Positions 53,380 to 64,000 of a DNA stretch of 64,000 nucleotides are shown here, piece after piece. The position numbers and the translations under genes are program-made. Source of the stretch: Octopus vulgaris (lineage: Eukaryota). Each line of letters opens with the position of its first letter. Position 1 is the first letter of the stretch. The stretch covers positions 21,638,001-21,702,000 of the forward strand of contig OX597822.1 in the NCBI GenBank assembly GCA_951406725.2, read 5' to 3'. The notes under the pieces are model-generated. The model was given only the letters and a program-made list of their open reading frames with translations, was not told the origin of the DNA and did not search any database.

Positions 53380-53900
53380 TTTCATGTCTCTGTTCAAGCA
53401 TCTCAACAATCTCACCAGACCTACCTTTCAGTGTGCCAACATTAAGTGTGCCAACTCTGAGGGTGTGGGCCCATGAGACTCTGAGATGGGGGACAGCAGC
53501 ATCATGTATCTCAAAAGAAAGCTCACATTTGGCAGAACTCATAAACATACAATAGGCTTCAACCTGCATACACTGCACCATCATTTTATGTGCTACATAA
53601 TCACTACATTACATAGGAGATAAACCCTAAGTAGGGATGGGGGAACATTAAGCCTTTGGAGGTGTTCATGGGAGAGACATCTAACAGAGGTCAGAGGATA
53701 GAGACTTCTGGTACAGGTGATAGGGGTGGAAAGGGTGGAATTAGAAAAAATTCTATACATCAAATCTAAACCTAAAATTGAGAAGTTTTAAAATAAATAT
53801 AGCAAAGGAAAAAAAAGTTTTAAAATGGAAGAAGACTGAATTCTACCACTACCTGGGAATTGGTCACGTTTGATATGTTTTGTTTAAGGTTTAAAACCCA
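53380..53900 (-). mobile_element. RTE LINE 5' fragment (endonuclease start plus putative 5' UTR)
   Basis: LRVGTLNVGTLKGRSGEIVEMLEQR is an APE N-terminus. The upstream block is near-identical to 62574-62821. Confidence 0.8.
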
Positions 53901-54269
53901 ACATAATGAGATAGCATTGGGCATTTGCATTCTTAACTAGAGCTATAACCAAGAGTTTTTGGTCAGCCAAACTGTGACAAAATTAGATAAATGAATGAAT
54001 AAATGACAATAATAAATGAGAGTGAAAGAGAGGGAGAAAGGAGGAAGAGGTAGAGTTAGATTGAGCAAGAGGATCTTCAGTTTTTTTCTATAAATATACG
54101 CCATGGAAGACGAAACTGTGTTTACATAAATAATGAAATGAAATAATAAAATAATTATAATCAGTTCTGAAAAAGAGGTTTTAAATGTTTGCTAGGTTGG
54201 AAAACGAAATTGCTTATCTGAACATCTGATTTCTACTCTGTGAGGTGAGGTATTAAAAAAAAAATAAAA

Positions 54270-54580
54270 GTGAAGGCTCAGTGGTTAGAGTGTCAAGCTC
54301 ACAATCATGAGGTAGTGAGTTTGATTCCCGAATCAGGCTATGTGTTGTGATCTTGAGCGAGACACTTTATTTCATGTTCCAGTTCACTCATCTGTAGAAA
54401 TGAGTTGTGAAGTCACTGGGGCTAAGCGTTTACCTTTCCCTTAGATAACATTCATAGTGTGGAGAGGAGAGGCTTGCATGCTGGCCTTCCATAAACAACT
54501 TTGCTCAGACTTGTGCTTCAGAGGGGAACTTTCTTCATGCATCCCATGTTCATTCATGACTGAAGGGGGTCTTTACCCAT
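54270..54580 (+). mobile_element. tRNA-derived SINE with a family D-like head
   Basis: ggctcagtggttagag...gagtttgattcc...tgtgatcttgagcgagacactttatttca. Confidence 0.75.
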
Positions 54581-54582
54581 TT

Positions 54583-54635
<53 letters not shown>

Positions 54636-54639
<4 letters not shown>

Positions 54640-55264
54640 GACTGCAGAGGACATGCGTAGACTTGAAAGAAATGAAGCTAGCATGATCCACTGGATGTTT
54701 AATGTCAGTGTACACGCATGACAGAGGGTAAGCACCCTGAGAGAAGTGCTGGACATAAGAAGCATCAGATGTGGTGTGCAAGAGTGACGCTTGCGATGGT
54801 ATGGTCATGTACTGCGGATGGATGAGGAGAGATGTGTGAAGAAGTGCCACTCCCAAACAGTTGAAGGTATCAGGGGGAGAGGTACACCCAGAAAGACATG
54901 GGATGAGGTAGTCAAGCATGACCTCAGAGCGTTGGGCCTCACAGAGGCAATGACGAAGGACCGAGATCTCTGGAGATATGCCGTAACTGCAAAGACCCGG
55001 GCTGCTTCCTGCACCAGTTACACATAGCCCATGCCCATTCAAAGTACCTTGGATTTCAGAACATCCCACTGTGCTTGAGGAGACCTATTGAGTCAAGTAC
55101 ATGAACATCGAAATAAATATCAATGGAAATAGTAGTTGTGATACTTGTGCCGGTGGCACATAAAAAGCACCATCCGAACATGGCCGATGCCAGCACCGCC
55201 TTGACTGTCCAACCCGTGCTAGCGCGGAAAACGGACGTTAAACGATGATGATGATGATGATGAT
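54636..55264 (+). mobile_element. 5'-truncated RTE LINE inserted in (TA)n
   Basis: RWYGHVLRMDEER...RGRGTPRKTW and a (GAT)n tail, with TA runs on both sides. Confidence 0.92.
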
Positions 55265-55276
55265 ATATATATATAT

Positions 55277-55479
55277 ATTCTTTTAATCTTTTACTTGTTT
55301 CAGTCATCTTAACTGCAGCCACTCTGGAGCACTGCCTTTAGTTGAACAAGTCGACCCCAGGACCCACTCCTTGAAAGCCCAGTACTCATTCAATCAGTCT
55401 CTCTTGCTGAACCACTAAGTTATGGAGATGCAAACACACCAACATTGGTTGTCAAGCAATGGTGGGGGGGACAAACACA

Positions 55480-55515
<36 letters not shown>

Positions 55516-55664
55516 TACGATGGGCTTCTTTCAGTTTCTATCCACCAAATCAACTCACAAGGATTTAGTTGAAGACACTTGCCCAAAGTGCCATGCAGTG
55601 GGACTGAACCCAGAACCATGTGGTTGGTAAGCACAAGCTACTTACCACACAGCCACTCCTGCAG
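55277..55664 (-). mobile_element. tRNA-derived SINE, family A
   Basis: Reverse-complement match to 49391-49810. Confidence 0.85.
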
Positions 55665-55665
55665 C

Positions 55666-55705
<40 letters not shown>

Positions 55706-55901
55706 TGCATGTATACACATACACACATACAGATTAAGTCCAAGAATGGAGGTGATGGTATTCCATTTATTCCTTCATTACAATTGTTTCAACAGTACAT
55801 GGTTCAGAAGAGGTAAGTCAATTGCATTGACCCCGTTATTCAACTGCTACTTATTTTTATCAACCGAGAAAGGATGAAAGGCACAAAGTCAACCTCCACA
55901 G

Positions 55902-55968
55902 AATAATAATAATAATAATCATAATAATAATAATGATAATAAAAATAATAATTATAATAATAATAATG

Positions 55969-56008
<40 letters not shown>

Positions 56009-56020
56009 TAATAATAATCA
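55902..56020. repeat. (AAT)n microsatellite
   Basis: Directly visible. Confidence 0.95.
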
Positions 56021-56118
56021 TATATATAGTATTAATAAAACTGTACTTCATGTCTGAAGCTATAGGGTGATTCACAAACCAGCAACTATGAGTGCATTGC
56101 TCCTCATAGCAGAAACAG

Positions 56119-56169
<51 letters not shown>

Positions 56170-57036
56170 CACACACACACATGTACATATACATACTCAC
56201 AGGAAGAGAGGAAAAGAGAAAGAGAAAGGTGACGTATAAATATTTTTTTTTTCTTTTTTATTTGAGAAATTTTGCAACTGAACTACCTACACCATCTTCC
56301 AATTTCCTGTTTCCTTTAAACCCCACAAAATTGATGCGGGCAAACTTCATGAGATGAGAACATTGTGTTCCCGGTTTTAAAAGATAACAGCAACAACTAC
56401 AACAGCAATGCCAGCTGCATTAACAACTATAAAAAGAGACAATCATCTTGCATTATATTTACAGAACCTTTTTATCATAAAGAATGCCCATGTGTAGATA
56501 CACACGCATTCATATACATACACATACATACATGCACATACACATACACACATATATGTGCACATATAAACAGAAATATATATTTTCATGTGTGTGTTGG
56601 TATGAATTATTTTCAGATTTTACCAAATGATAATGAAGTCATGGAATTTTATGGGATATTTTTTTTATTGTTTTCCACATTTTATCTTAGTGTTTTCCAT
56701 TATATATTTATTTTCTTTGTTATCAATCTTCAAACATAATTCAACCTTAATTGAGTTATTTCCCATTTCAGTCACATAACTCCCCTCTACAACCCTCACT
56801 TTCACTTTGACATCAGCCACCACTACAACCTTCACCTCCATCAACACCAATCATACACCATACCCTACCATACCATGTAAACTGAAAATTTGCTGACTTG
56901 AATATTAAAATAAATATACACATACAATATATATATATATGTATGTATACACACACTCATGTACATATATTTATGTTTTTATATATATATATATATATAT
57001 ATCATCATCACTTAATGTCCGCCTTCCATGCTGGCA

Positions 57037-57075
<39 letters not shown>

Positions 57076-57162
57076 ATGTGTGTGTGTGTGTGTGTGTGTT
57101 TATATATATATATTATGTGTATGTATATGTGTTTATATATATAGTATGTACAGCTATCTATC

Positions 57163-57193
<31 letters not shown>

Positions 57194-57390
57194 CAAAGCA
57201 AAAGGAAAACCACTCCTGAAATGTTACACTCCTCACTGTGTCCTTTATACTTCTACTCCACCTTCTACTTTCTGCTCCTTCACCACCACTGGCACTAAAA
57301 ATGTAGCCACAACAACACATAATACAACCAACTGCTATCACAAATATAACCACCAACACCACTCCAACTTTTGCCATCACTTACTAATAC

Positions 57391-57792
57391 TCTTTTCTAC
57401 TCTAGACACAAGGCTTGAAAGTGTTGGGGAGGTGGGGCCCGGTTGATTAGATCGACCCCAGTATGCAACTGGTACTTAATTTAACAACGCCAAAAGGATG
57501 AAAAGCAAAGTCAACTTTGTTGGAATTTGAACTCAGAATGTAAAGACAGATCAAATAGCTATTTCTTTACTACCCACAAGGGGCTAAAGACAGAGAGGAC
57601 AGACATGGACAGACAGATGGATGAAGTTGATTACATCGACCCCAGTGTGTAACTGGTACTTAATTTATCAATCCCGAAAGGATGAAAGGCAAAGTCGACC
57701 TCAGCAGAATTTGAACTCAGAACGTAACGGCAGACAAAATACAGCTATGCATTTCGCCTGGCGTGCTAACGTTTCGGCCAGCTCGCTGCCTT
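57391..57792 (-). mobile_element. Tandem or nested pair of family B SINEs
   Basis: The core actggtacttaattta...ggatgaaa...gaatttgaactcagaa occurs twice (~57468 and ~57652). tactaatact flanks both sides. Confidence 0.85.
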
Positions 57793-59722
57793 ATGACATA
57801 CTAATACTACTACAACTATAAACCAAATGTGAGACCTTCTATGAAGTCACTAGGCCTTCTAGAAATATCAGCCAAATGACCCTACATTTTAACAGCTTAG
57901 TGAAACAAGGACGTATCGCATAATATAGTCTAATAAACTGTACATTGGCTTGGATAAAAGATGGGATGGTCACAATTGGAATGATTTTGGTCATAGTTCT
58001 GCTAAATCAGTGTTGAACTGGGATTAAACAGCAAGTGCAACTACTACAACCACCGCCACTTCAACCACCGTTTTCACCATCACCATCACCACCGCCATCA
58101 CCACCATGCTGTACAAAACTTTACCCTCATAAATACAACTACCACCATGACATACACATTTACTACAACTACTACTACTACTACTTTCATCACTCACCCC
58201 CTCCACCATACACTCTGTTTAGTAGTTTGATTCTGGTCAGCCATTTGATCTTTCGCATCACAAGCCCTACAAAACACAAAACAACTTTTGCTCATATTGG
58301 TAGCTAACTTAACCCTCTCCTTCCTACCTCCTGTCACCACACACATATATTTCCACCCTTTTGACATCCCCCATCACCACTTCCAATCGGCATCTATCCC
58401 CCCCCCCCTTTCCCCCTTCCTCCTGCAAACAATGCTGAAGAAATATAAAGAATGCCTTATGATTTCAATAGATTTATCAGAGTCAGAATCACATCATTTT
58501 CCTATCTTTAAACTCTCTCTCTCTCTTTCTTTCTCTCCCTTACCACTTCTCTCCTTCTTTCTCTCTCTTTACTCCCTCTTTCTCTCTCTCTCTCTCTCTT
58601 TCCCTGCCTATCTTTCTCTTTCCCTCTCTCTTTTCTCCTTTATCACTTGTACTGACCTCAGCTTCCTTTTTACTTTTCTTTGTTCCCTTTTCACCTCTTG
58701 CTTCCCCTCAAACCTCTCTCTATCTTGGACTTCTTTGACTCACTCTCCCTATCTAATTTTCTCACTTATTTCTACCTCTCTATCGCCATCTCCCTCTCAT
58801 CTTTTCTATCTATCTCTCTCCCTCCTGCCTGTCTTTTATGAAATATTTTGAACTTCTTGCTTGATTTTCACTTTATTGTTGTTGTTCATATTATTGTTGA
58901 TCAGTATTTGAAGTGAAGTGATATTCAACTGAACATTAATTTAATCATGAAATGTAATTTTATTGTTGTCTATGCAATGTGGATGTATGGTGGCTTTCAT
59001 TCATGAATAAACATGAGAATTCATTTGCCAAAATATTAAAATATAAAAAAAAAGGAAATTATTAATAATGAAAATCTGAATAAAAGAAAAATCTCAAATT
59101 TTGTGTCAATATGTTAAGATTTCATGAGGTGTGCCAACTTGACTATTGTTATGATCTTACCCGTTGCTATGATTGCTGTTTCTGAGGCATGTAATCCTCA
59201 AGAATCAAACACCCTGATGAAATACGGAAGATTTAACTATGCTAAGGTATTGAAAGAACTTAGAATTTCTGCAAAATAATCATTCCTGAATATTTCTTCT
59301 TGCAGAAGTCATAGCTCAAGGCTACTCAACTCAGGTTCTAATGCTTCAATGGACATTTCAGTATTAATTTCTATGTCAACTTCAGTGTCTTCTTCAGTAC
59401 CCACTTTTTATAGTAACAACTACAAGAAAAGTTTTAGTGAAAAGCAAACCATTACATGAGCTTTTATCAACTTGGAGAATGCTTTTGACAATGTACTTAA
59501 CAACTACAAACCAGTTTTGACAAGGAGCTACTACACTGCAGATTGTGGCACTTATGACTAGGTACCACACACAGTATTGTGGTTATTAAGATATTTAGGT
59601 ATAAATAGGTGCAGGTATAGCTTAGTGGTAAGAAGCTTGCTTCCCAACCACATGGTTTCAGGTTCAATCCAACTACATGGCATCTTGGGCAAGTGTCTTC
59701 TACTCTAGCATCAAGGTGACCA

Positions 59723-62700
59723 AAGCAGAGCATTCTAGCTTCATTCCTTGCTAGTTTATGCATGTCTTCAGCACTCTTGGCCCATGTTTCACTGCTATGT
59801 AGCATGGCTGTTTGCACACATGCATCATTCAGTTTACCATTCACTTGGAGTGAGAGGCCCTTTGTTACCAGCAGAGGCAGGAGCTCCCTGAACTTTGCCC
59901 AGGCTATTCTTATTCTAGCAGCTACATTCTCAGAGCATCCACCCCCACTACTGACTTAGTCACCTAGGTAATGGAAGCTATTAACTACTTTTAGTTTTTC
60001 CCCCTGACGTGTGATGGAAGCTGTTTTCTGCACATTTTCAGTGTTTATTACCCCTGAGCATTTGCCACGCACAAAAGCTATCTTCCTAGTTAGTCTTCCT
60101 TTGATATTGCTGCACCTCTTATGTGTCCATAGCTTACATCTTATGGAGTTTCTACCTATGCTTTTTCTACAGATTGAGCAGGCCATCTACCTGAAGGTAT
60201 TTTGTGATTTGTCTGCCTTCCTACTTATTAAGACTTTGGTTTTTGATAGGTTGACTCTAAGGCTCTTTGATTCTAGACCTTGCTTCCACACCTGAAACTT
60301 CTCCTCTAGTTGTGATAGTGACTCAGCTATTAGAGTGAGGTTATCAGCATAGAGAAGCTCCCAGGGGCATCCTGCCTTGAATTCCTCTGTTATTACTTGG
60401 AGGACTATGGTGAATAAGTTGGGGCTGAGGTCTGATCCTTGGTGGACCCCTACCCCTACCTGGAATTCTTCACTGTACCTATTGCCAACCCTCACCATAC
60501 TGACAGCATCCCTGTATATGGCTTGTACAGCTCTCACTAACATAACCACTCATCTATACCTAGTTTCTGCATTGACCAACAGATAAGGGTCCAGGAAACC
60601 TGTCAAAGGCTTTTCCCATATTAATGAAATTCAGGTACAGAGTTTATCTTTGGCTAGGTATTTCTCCTGCAGCTGTCTTACCAGAAATATAGCATCAGTG
60701 GAGCTTTTCCCTGGCATAAACACAAACTGCATATCATCTAAACTGACTCTCTCCCTAATTAGTTGGGCTATGACCCTCTCCGTGACTTTCATTACCTCCT
60801 GATCCAACAACTTGATATTTCTGTAATTATTCACATCTAATGCATCACCTTTACCTTTGTATATCACCTGATTGACTACATGGGTGACTAGACTATAGCC
60901 AACACTGCCAGATATTTTAAGTATCTCTGCAGCGATTCCTGATGGGCCAGGGGCTTTCCCTGTCTTCATACCTGTAATTGCTTTATCTACCAAGGAGCTG
61001 TCAATTCGGATAGCTGGTCCCTCTGTGGGTTGACATTCAGCAGACTCTCTTTCATTCTCTTCATTTATCACCCTTTCATAGTGGCATCTCCAAGTCTTTC
61101 TCTTTGCAGCCACATTAAATGCAAGTGAGCCATCATCCATTTGGACACATTTCTCTCCTGTGACATCCTGATTCTCTCTCACATACTGTCTTGCAACACG
61201 AAACACTCTAAGTCTTTCGTCCTCATAATGCAGAACATTGGCAAAATTTTTCTTATTTGCCTCCCCTCTGGCTAAGTAAACCTGTCTCATAGCTTCCCTT
61301 CTGACAACCTGCTACCCCCATGTTTCCAGTCTTTCCATACCTGTTTCTTTTCCATGATGGCTTTGTCAACTACATTTTTCCACCACCATGTTACCTTGAG
61401 TCAAGAGGGGACTTTGCACCATCCCCAGATCTGGTTAGTAGCGCTCAACAGGTTGTCCCATAGAAACCTCCAGTTGTCTTCCACATCATATAATGCTATA
61501 TCCCCCTCTAATACGTCTCTACATTTCTGTTCATTCACAGGATCCTTAAACTTCCAGACACTTCTTCTCCTTGCTGGTCATATTCTGGGCATCCATTAAG
61601 CCTTGATCCTGAAGTTGCTAACTACTGATCTATGTTGTGGGGTGCATTCTTCACCTGGGAAGGTTTTTGCATTTATAAGTAGCCATCTTTCCCATTTCCT
61701 GTTGAGGATGTAATCAATTTGACTATTGTGTCCACCAGATCGGTAGATGACTAGGTGACTGGCAGGTTTCCTGAAGTTAGTATGGCAAACCATAAGATCA
61801 TTTAATTTTTTTACTACCCACAAGGGGCCAAACATAGAGGGGACAAACAAGGACAGACAAAGGGATTAAGTCGAATACATTGACCCCAGTGCGAAACTGG
61901 TACTTTATTTATCGACCCCAAAAGGATGAAAGGCAAAGTCGACCTCGGCGGAATTTGAACTCAGAACGTAATGACAGACAAAATACGGCTACGCATTTCG
62001 ATCGGCGTGCTAAAGTTTCTGCCAGCTCGCCACCTTATGACAAATCATAAGATCATTTGCATTGCAGAACTGCAGCAGCCTGGTTCCCTTCTCATTGCAG
62101 GAACCAAAACCATAGCCTCCATGTATGCCATGGAAGCTCCCTGCATATAATCCAACATGCCCATTGAAGTTACCAGCAACAAAAAGGAGGTTGCTATCAT
62201 TCGTTGACAAGGTACTCTGCAAGAGGGTGTCATAAAATTGGTCTTTCTGTTCATCAGATAGTTCTGGTTGAGGGGCATAAGCCAAGATAATGGTTGCTAA
62301 CCCATGATGCAGCGCTAAGTTAATCTTAAGTATTCTATCACAGACTCTGACTACCTCGATTACCTTATCAACCCATTTCACTGCAAGAAGTATACCCACA
62401 CCCCCGACCCCATCAGTGTTCCCTGCCCAGAAACTCTTACACCTTTTTTCTTTGCATGTGAGGACCCTAGCAGAACTTCCTCTCCAACTTACTTCTTGGA
62501 TGCAGCACAGATCTACACATCTCTGTTCATGCATCTCAACAATCTTGCCAGACCTACCTTTCAATGTGCCATCTTGGGGGAACATTAAGCCTTTGGAGGT
62601 GTTCATGGGAGAGACATCCGATAGAGGTCAGAGGATAGAGACTTCTGGTACAGGTGATAGGGGTGGAAAGGGTGGAATTAGAAAAAATTCTATACATCAA

Positions 62701-62821
62701 ATCTAAACCTAAAATTGAGAAGTTTTAAAGTAAATGTAGCAAAGGAAAAGAAAGTTTTAAAATGGAAGAAGACCTGGGAATTGGTCATGCTTGATATGTT
62801 TTTGTTTAGGGTTTAAAACCC
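59723..62821 (-). mobile_element. Longest RTE-clade LINE copy (APE plus RT, degenerate), interrupted by a SINE
   Basis: DLCCIQE, GGVGILL, AYAPQ, GNFNGHVG, QIDYIL, KAPGPSGI, VHQGSDLSP, ELLYADNL and FHYLG in order, with stops, frameshifts and deletions. Confidence 0.95.
61804..62037 (-). mobile_element. Young family B SINE inserted in the RTE, with an ~18-bp TSD
   Basis: caaa(c/t)cataagatcattt at 61786-61803 and 62041-62058. CpGs are retained. Confidence 0.92.
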
Positions 62822-63329
62822 TACTAATGTCAGTACTTCTCTCTGTTAAATTGGATAGTATCTTCCTTATACTAATCCTTTTTGTTTCTAAGCTCTTACA
62901 GCATGCAGGCAGGATACAGTGTTGTCATTCTAAAACTCAGTTCTTGCCTTCTCTCTCTCTTGCTCTCTCTCTCCCTCTCTCTCTATCCCCCTCTCTCTCT
63001 TCCGCTCAACTTGTCAGTTAGGTCTGGAGAAGGGTATACTTCAGAAGTTTAAAATTTCCATGGCATACCATTTTGCCATGATGGTGCCACTACCACTCCA
63101 TGTGAAATTTGAAGTGAGAAAGATATACAGTTGTCTGTATGTTTATATATGTGTATTAACACGAGCTTTTATATGTTATACTCAATCACTGTGTGGTGTC
63201 AGAAGCAACAAACAAGATTGGAACCAAGAAGAACATCTGTCTGTAAGACACTTCATGACAGAGTCTCATCTGCCCTGTACCATCATGGAAAAGTGGACAG
63301 AAAACAATGATGATGGGTATTTGTGTGTG

Positions 63330-64000
63330 TATGAGGGTCTACTGAAAACTTCATAGGCGGACCGAGATATTCTCATGGAATGAGACCAAGTGAGGTTTAC
63401 TTTTCAACATAGTCACCCTGGTGGTCCACACACATCTTCCACTGGTATTGCAACCATTGGATCCCACTGGTGGGGAAGTTTTCATCTCATTCTTCAAAAA
63501 AGTAATCAACATCAAATATGATATCATCATCACTACGATTCTGGTTCCCATCCCAGTGTTTTTTCATGTTGGTGAACAGATGAGTTAGAAAGGGTCAAAT
63601 GAATTAGAAAGGGATGGTGATTAATCAGTTCAAAGCCACAGTCATGAACAGCAGCCATTGAACTCAATGACTTGTGTACTGGAAGATTTTACTGATGGAA
63701 TAAGACCCCTTCTATCAATTTTCATGGTCGTTCAGTCTTGACAGCCTTTCATAAGTGCCTCAGCAGTTATGGAGAGTACTATGCCAACTTGCTGAGGCAA
63801 GTTGGCATCATACACTCCTTTGATGGTGTGGCCCTTTTGAAAATAGTCAATAAACACAATGCCTTTTGCATCCCAAAAAAACTGATGGTGTCACCTTCAC
63901 TGCAGATGAAATGACCTTGGCCTTCTTCAGAGCAAGTGAGGAGAGGTCTATCCACTTTATGGATTGTCTCTTTGTTTCTAGTTCAAAGTGATGAATTCAG
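63330..64000 (-). mobile_element. Degenerate mariner, 3' portion (runs off the window)
   Basis: Minus-strand C-terminus GIQWLQYQWKMCVDHQGDYVEK*. TIR-like tatgagggtctactgaaaacttcat. Confidence 0.8.

Noticed and set aside
56610-56670. Possible next aminopeptidase exon (tttcag|ILPNDNEVMEFYGIF)
   Set aside because: No convincing M1 motif (YPLxK, GAMEN) and it runs into low-complexity T-rich sequence.
59211-59240. CTGATGA box
   Set aside because: No stem II plus GAAA partner follows.

Overview
AT-rich eukaryotic genomic DNA dominated by microsatellites and transposons. The SINE/LINE repertoire and composition fit a coleoid cephalopod, probably Octopus (recognised from memory, not by search). I can support only one host coding exon: a 274-bp internal exon (22640-22913, +) of an M1-family zinc aminopeptidase. 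Most of the window is therefore probably very large intron. The rest is decayed mobile DNA: about nine fragments of one RTE-clade LINE family, two CR1/Jockey-group LINE fragments, a Helitron PIF1-helicase remnant plus non-autonomous Helitron-like pieces, three mariner remnants, a maT-like transposase remnant, two Tc1/mariner MITEs and at least five tRNA-derived SINE families. Most notable observations: (1) a canonical PHD-finger pattern inside the reverse-transcriptase region of the RTE ORF; (2) several degenerate hammerhead-ribozyme motifs, one inside a tRNA-headed SINE-like element and one duplicated in a 334-bp spacer-less palindrome; (3) fold-back and inverted-repeat structures that could form dsRNA. 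Repeat boundaries were read by eye and are approximate.
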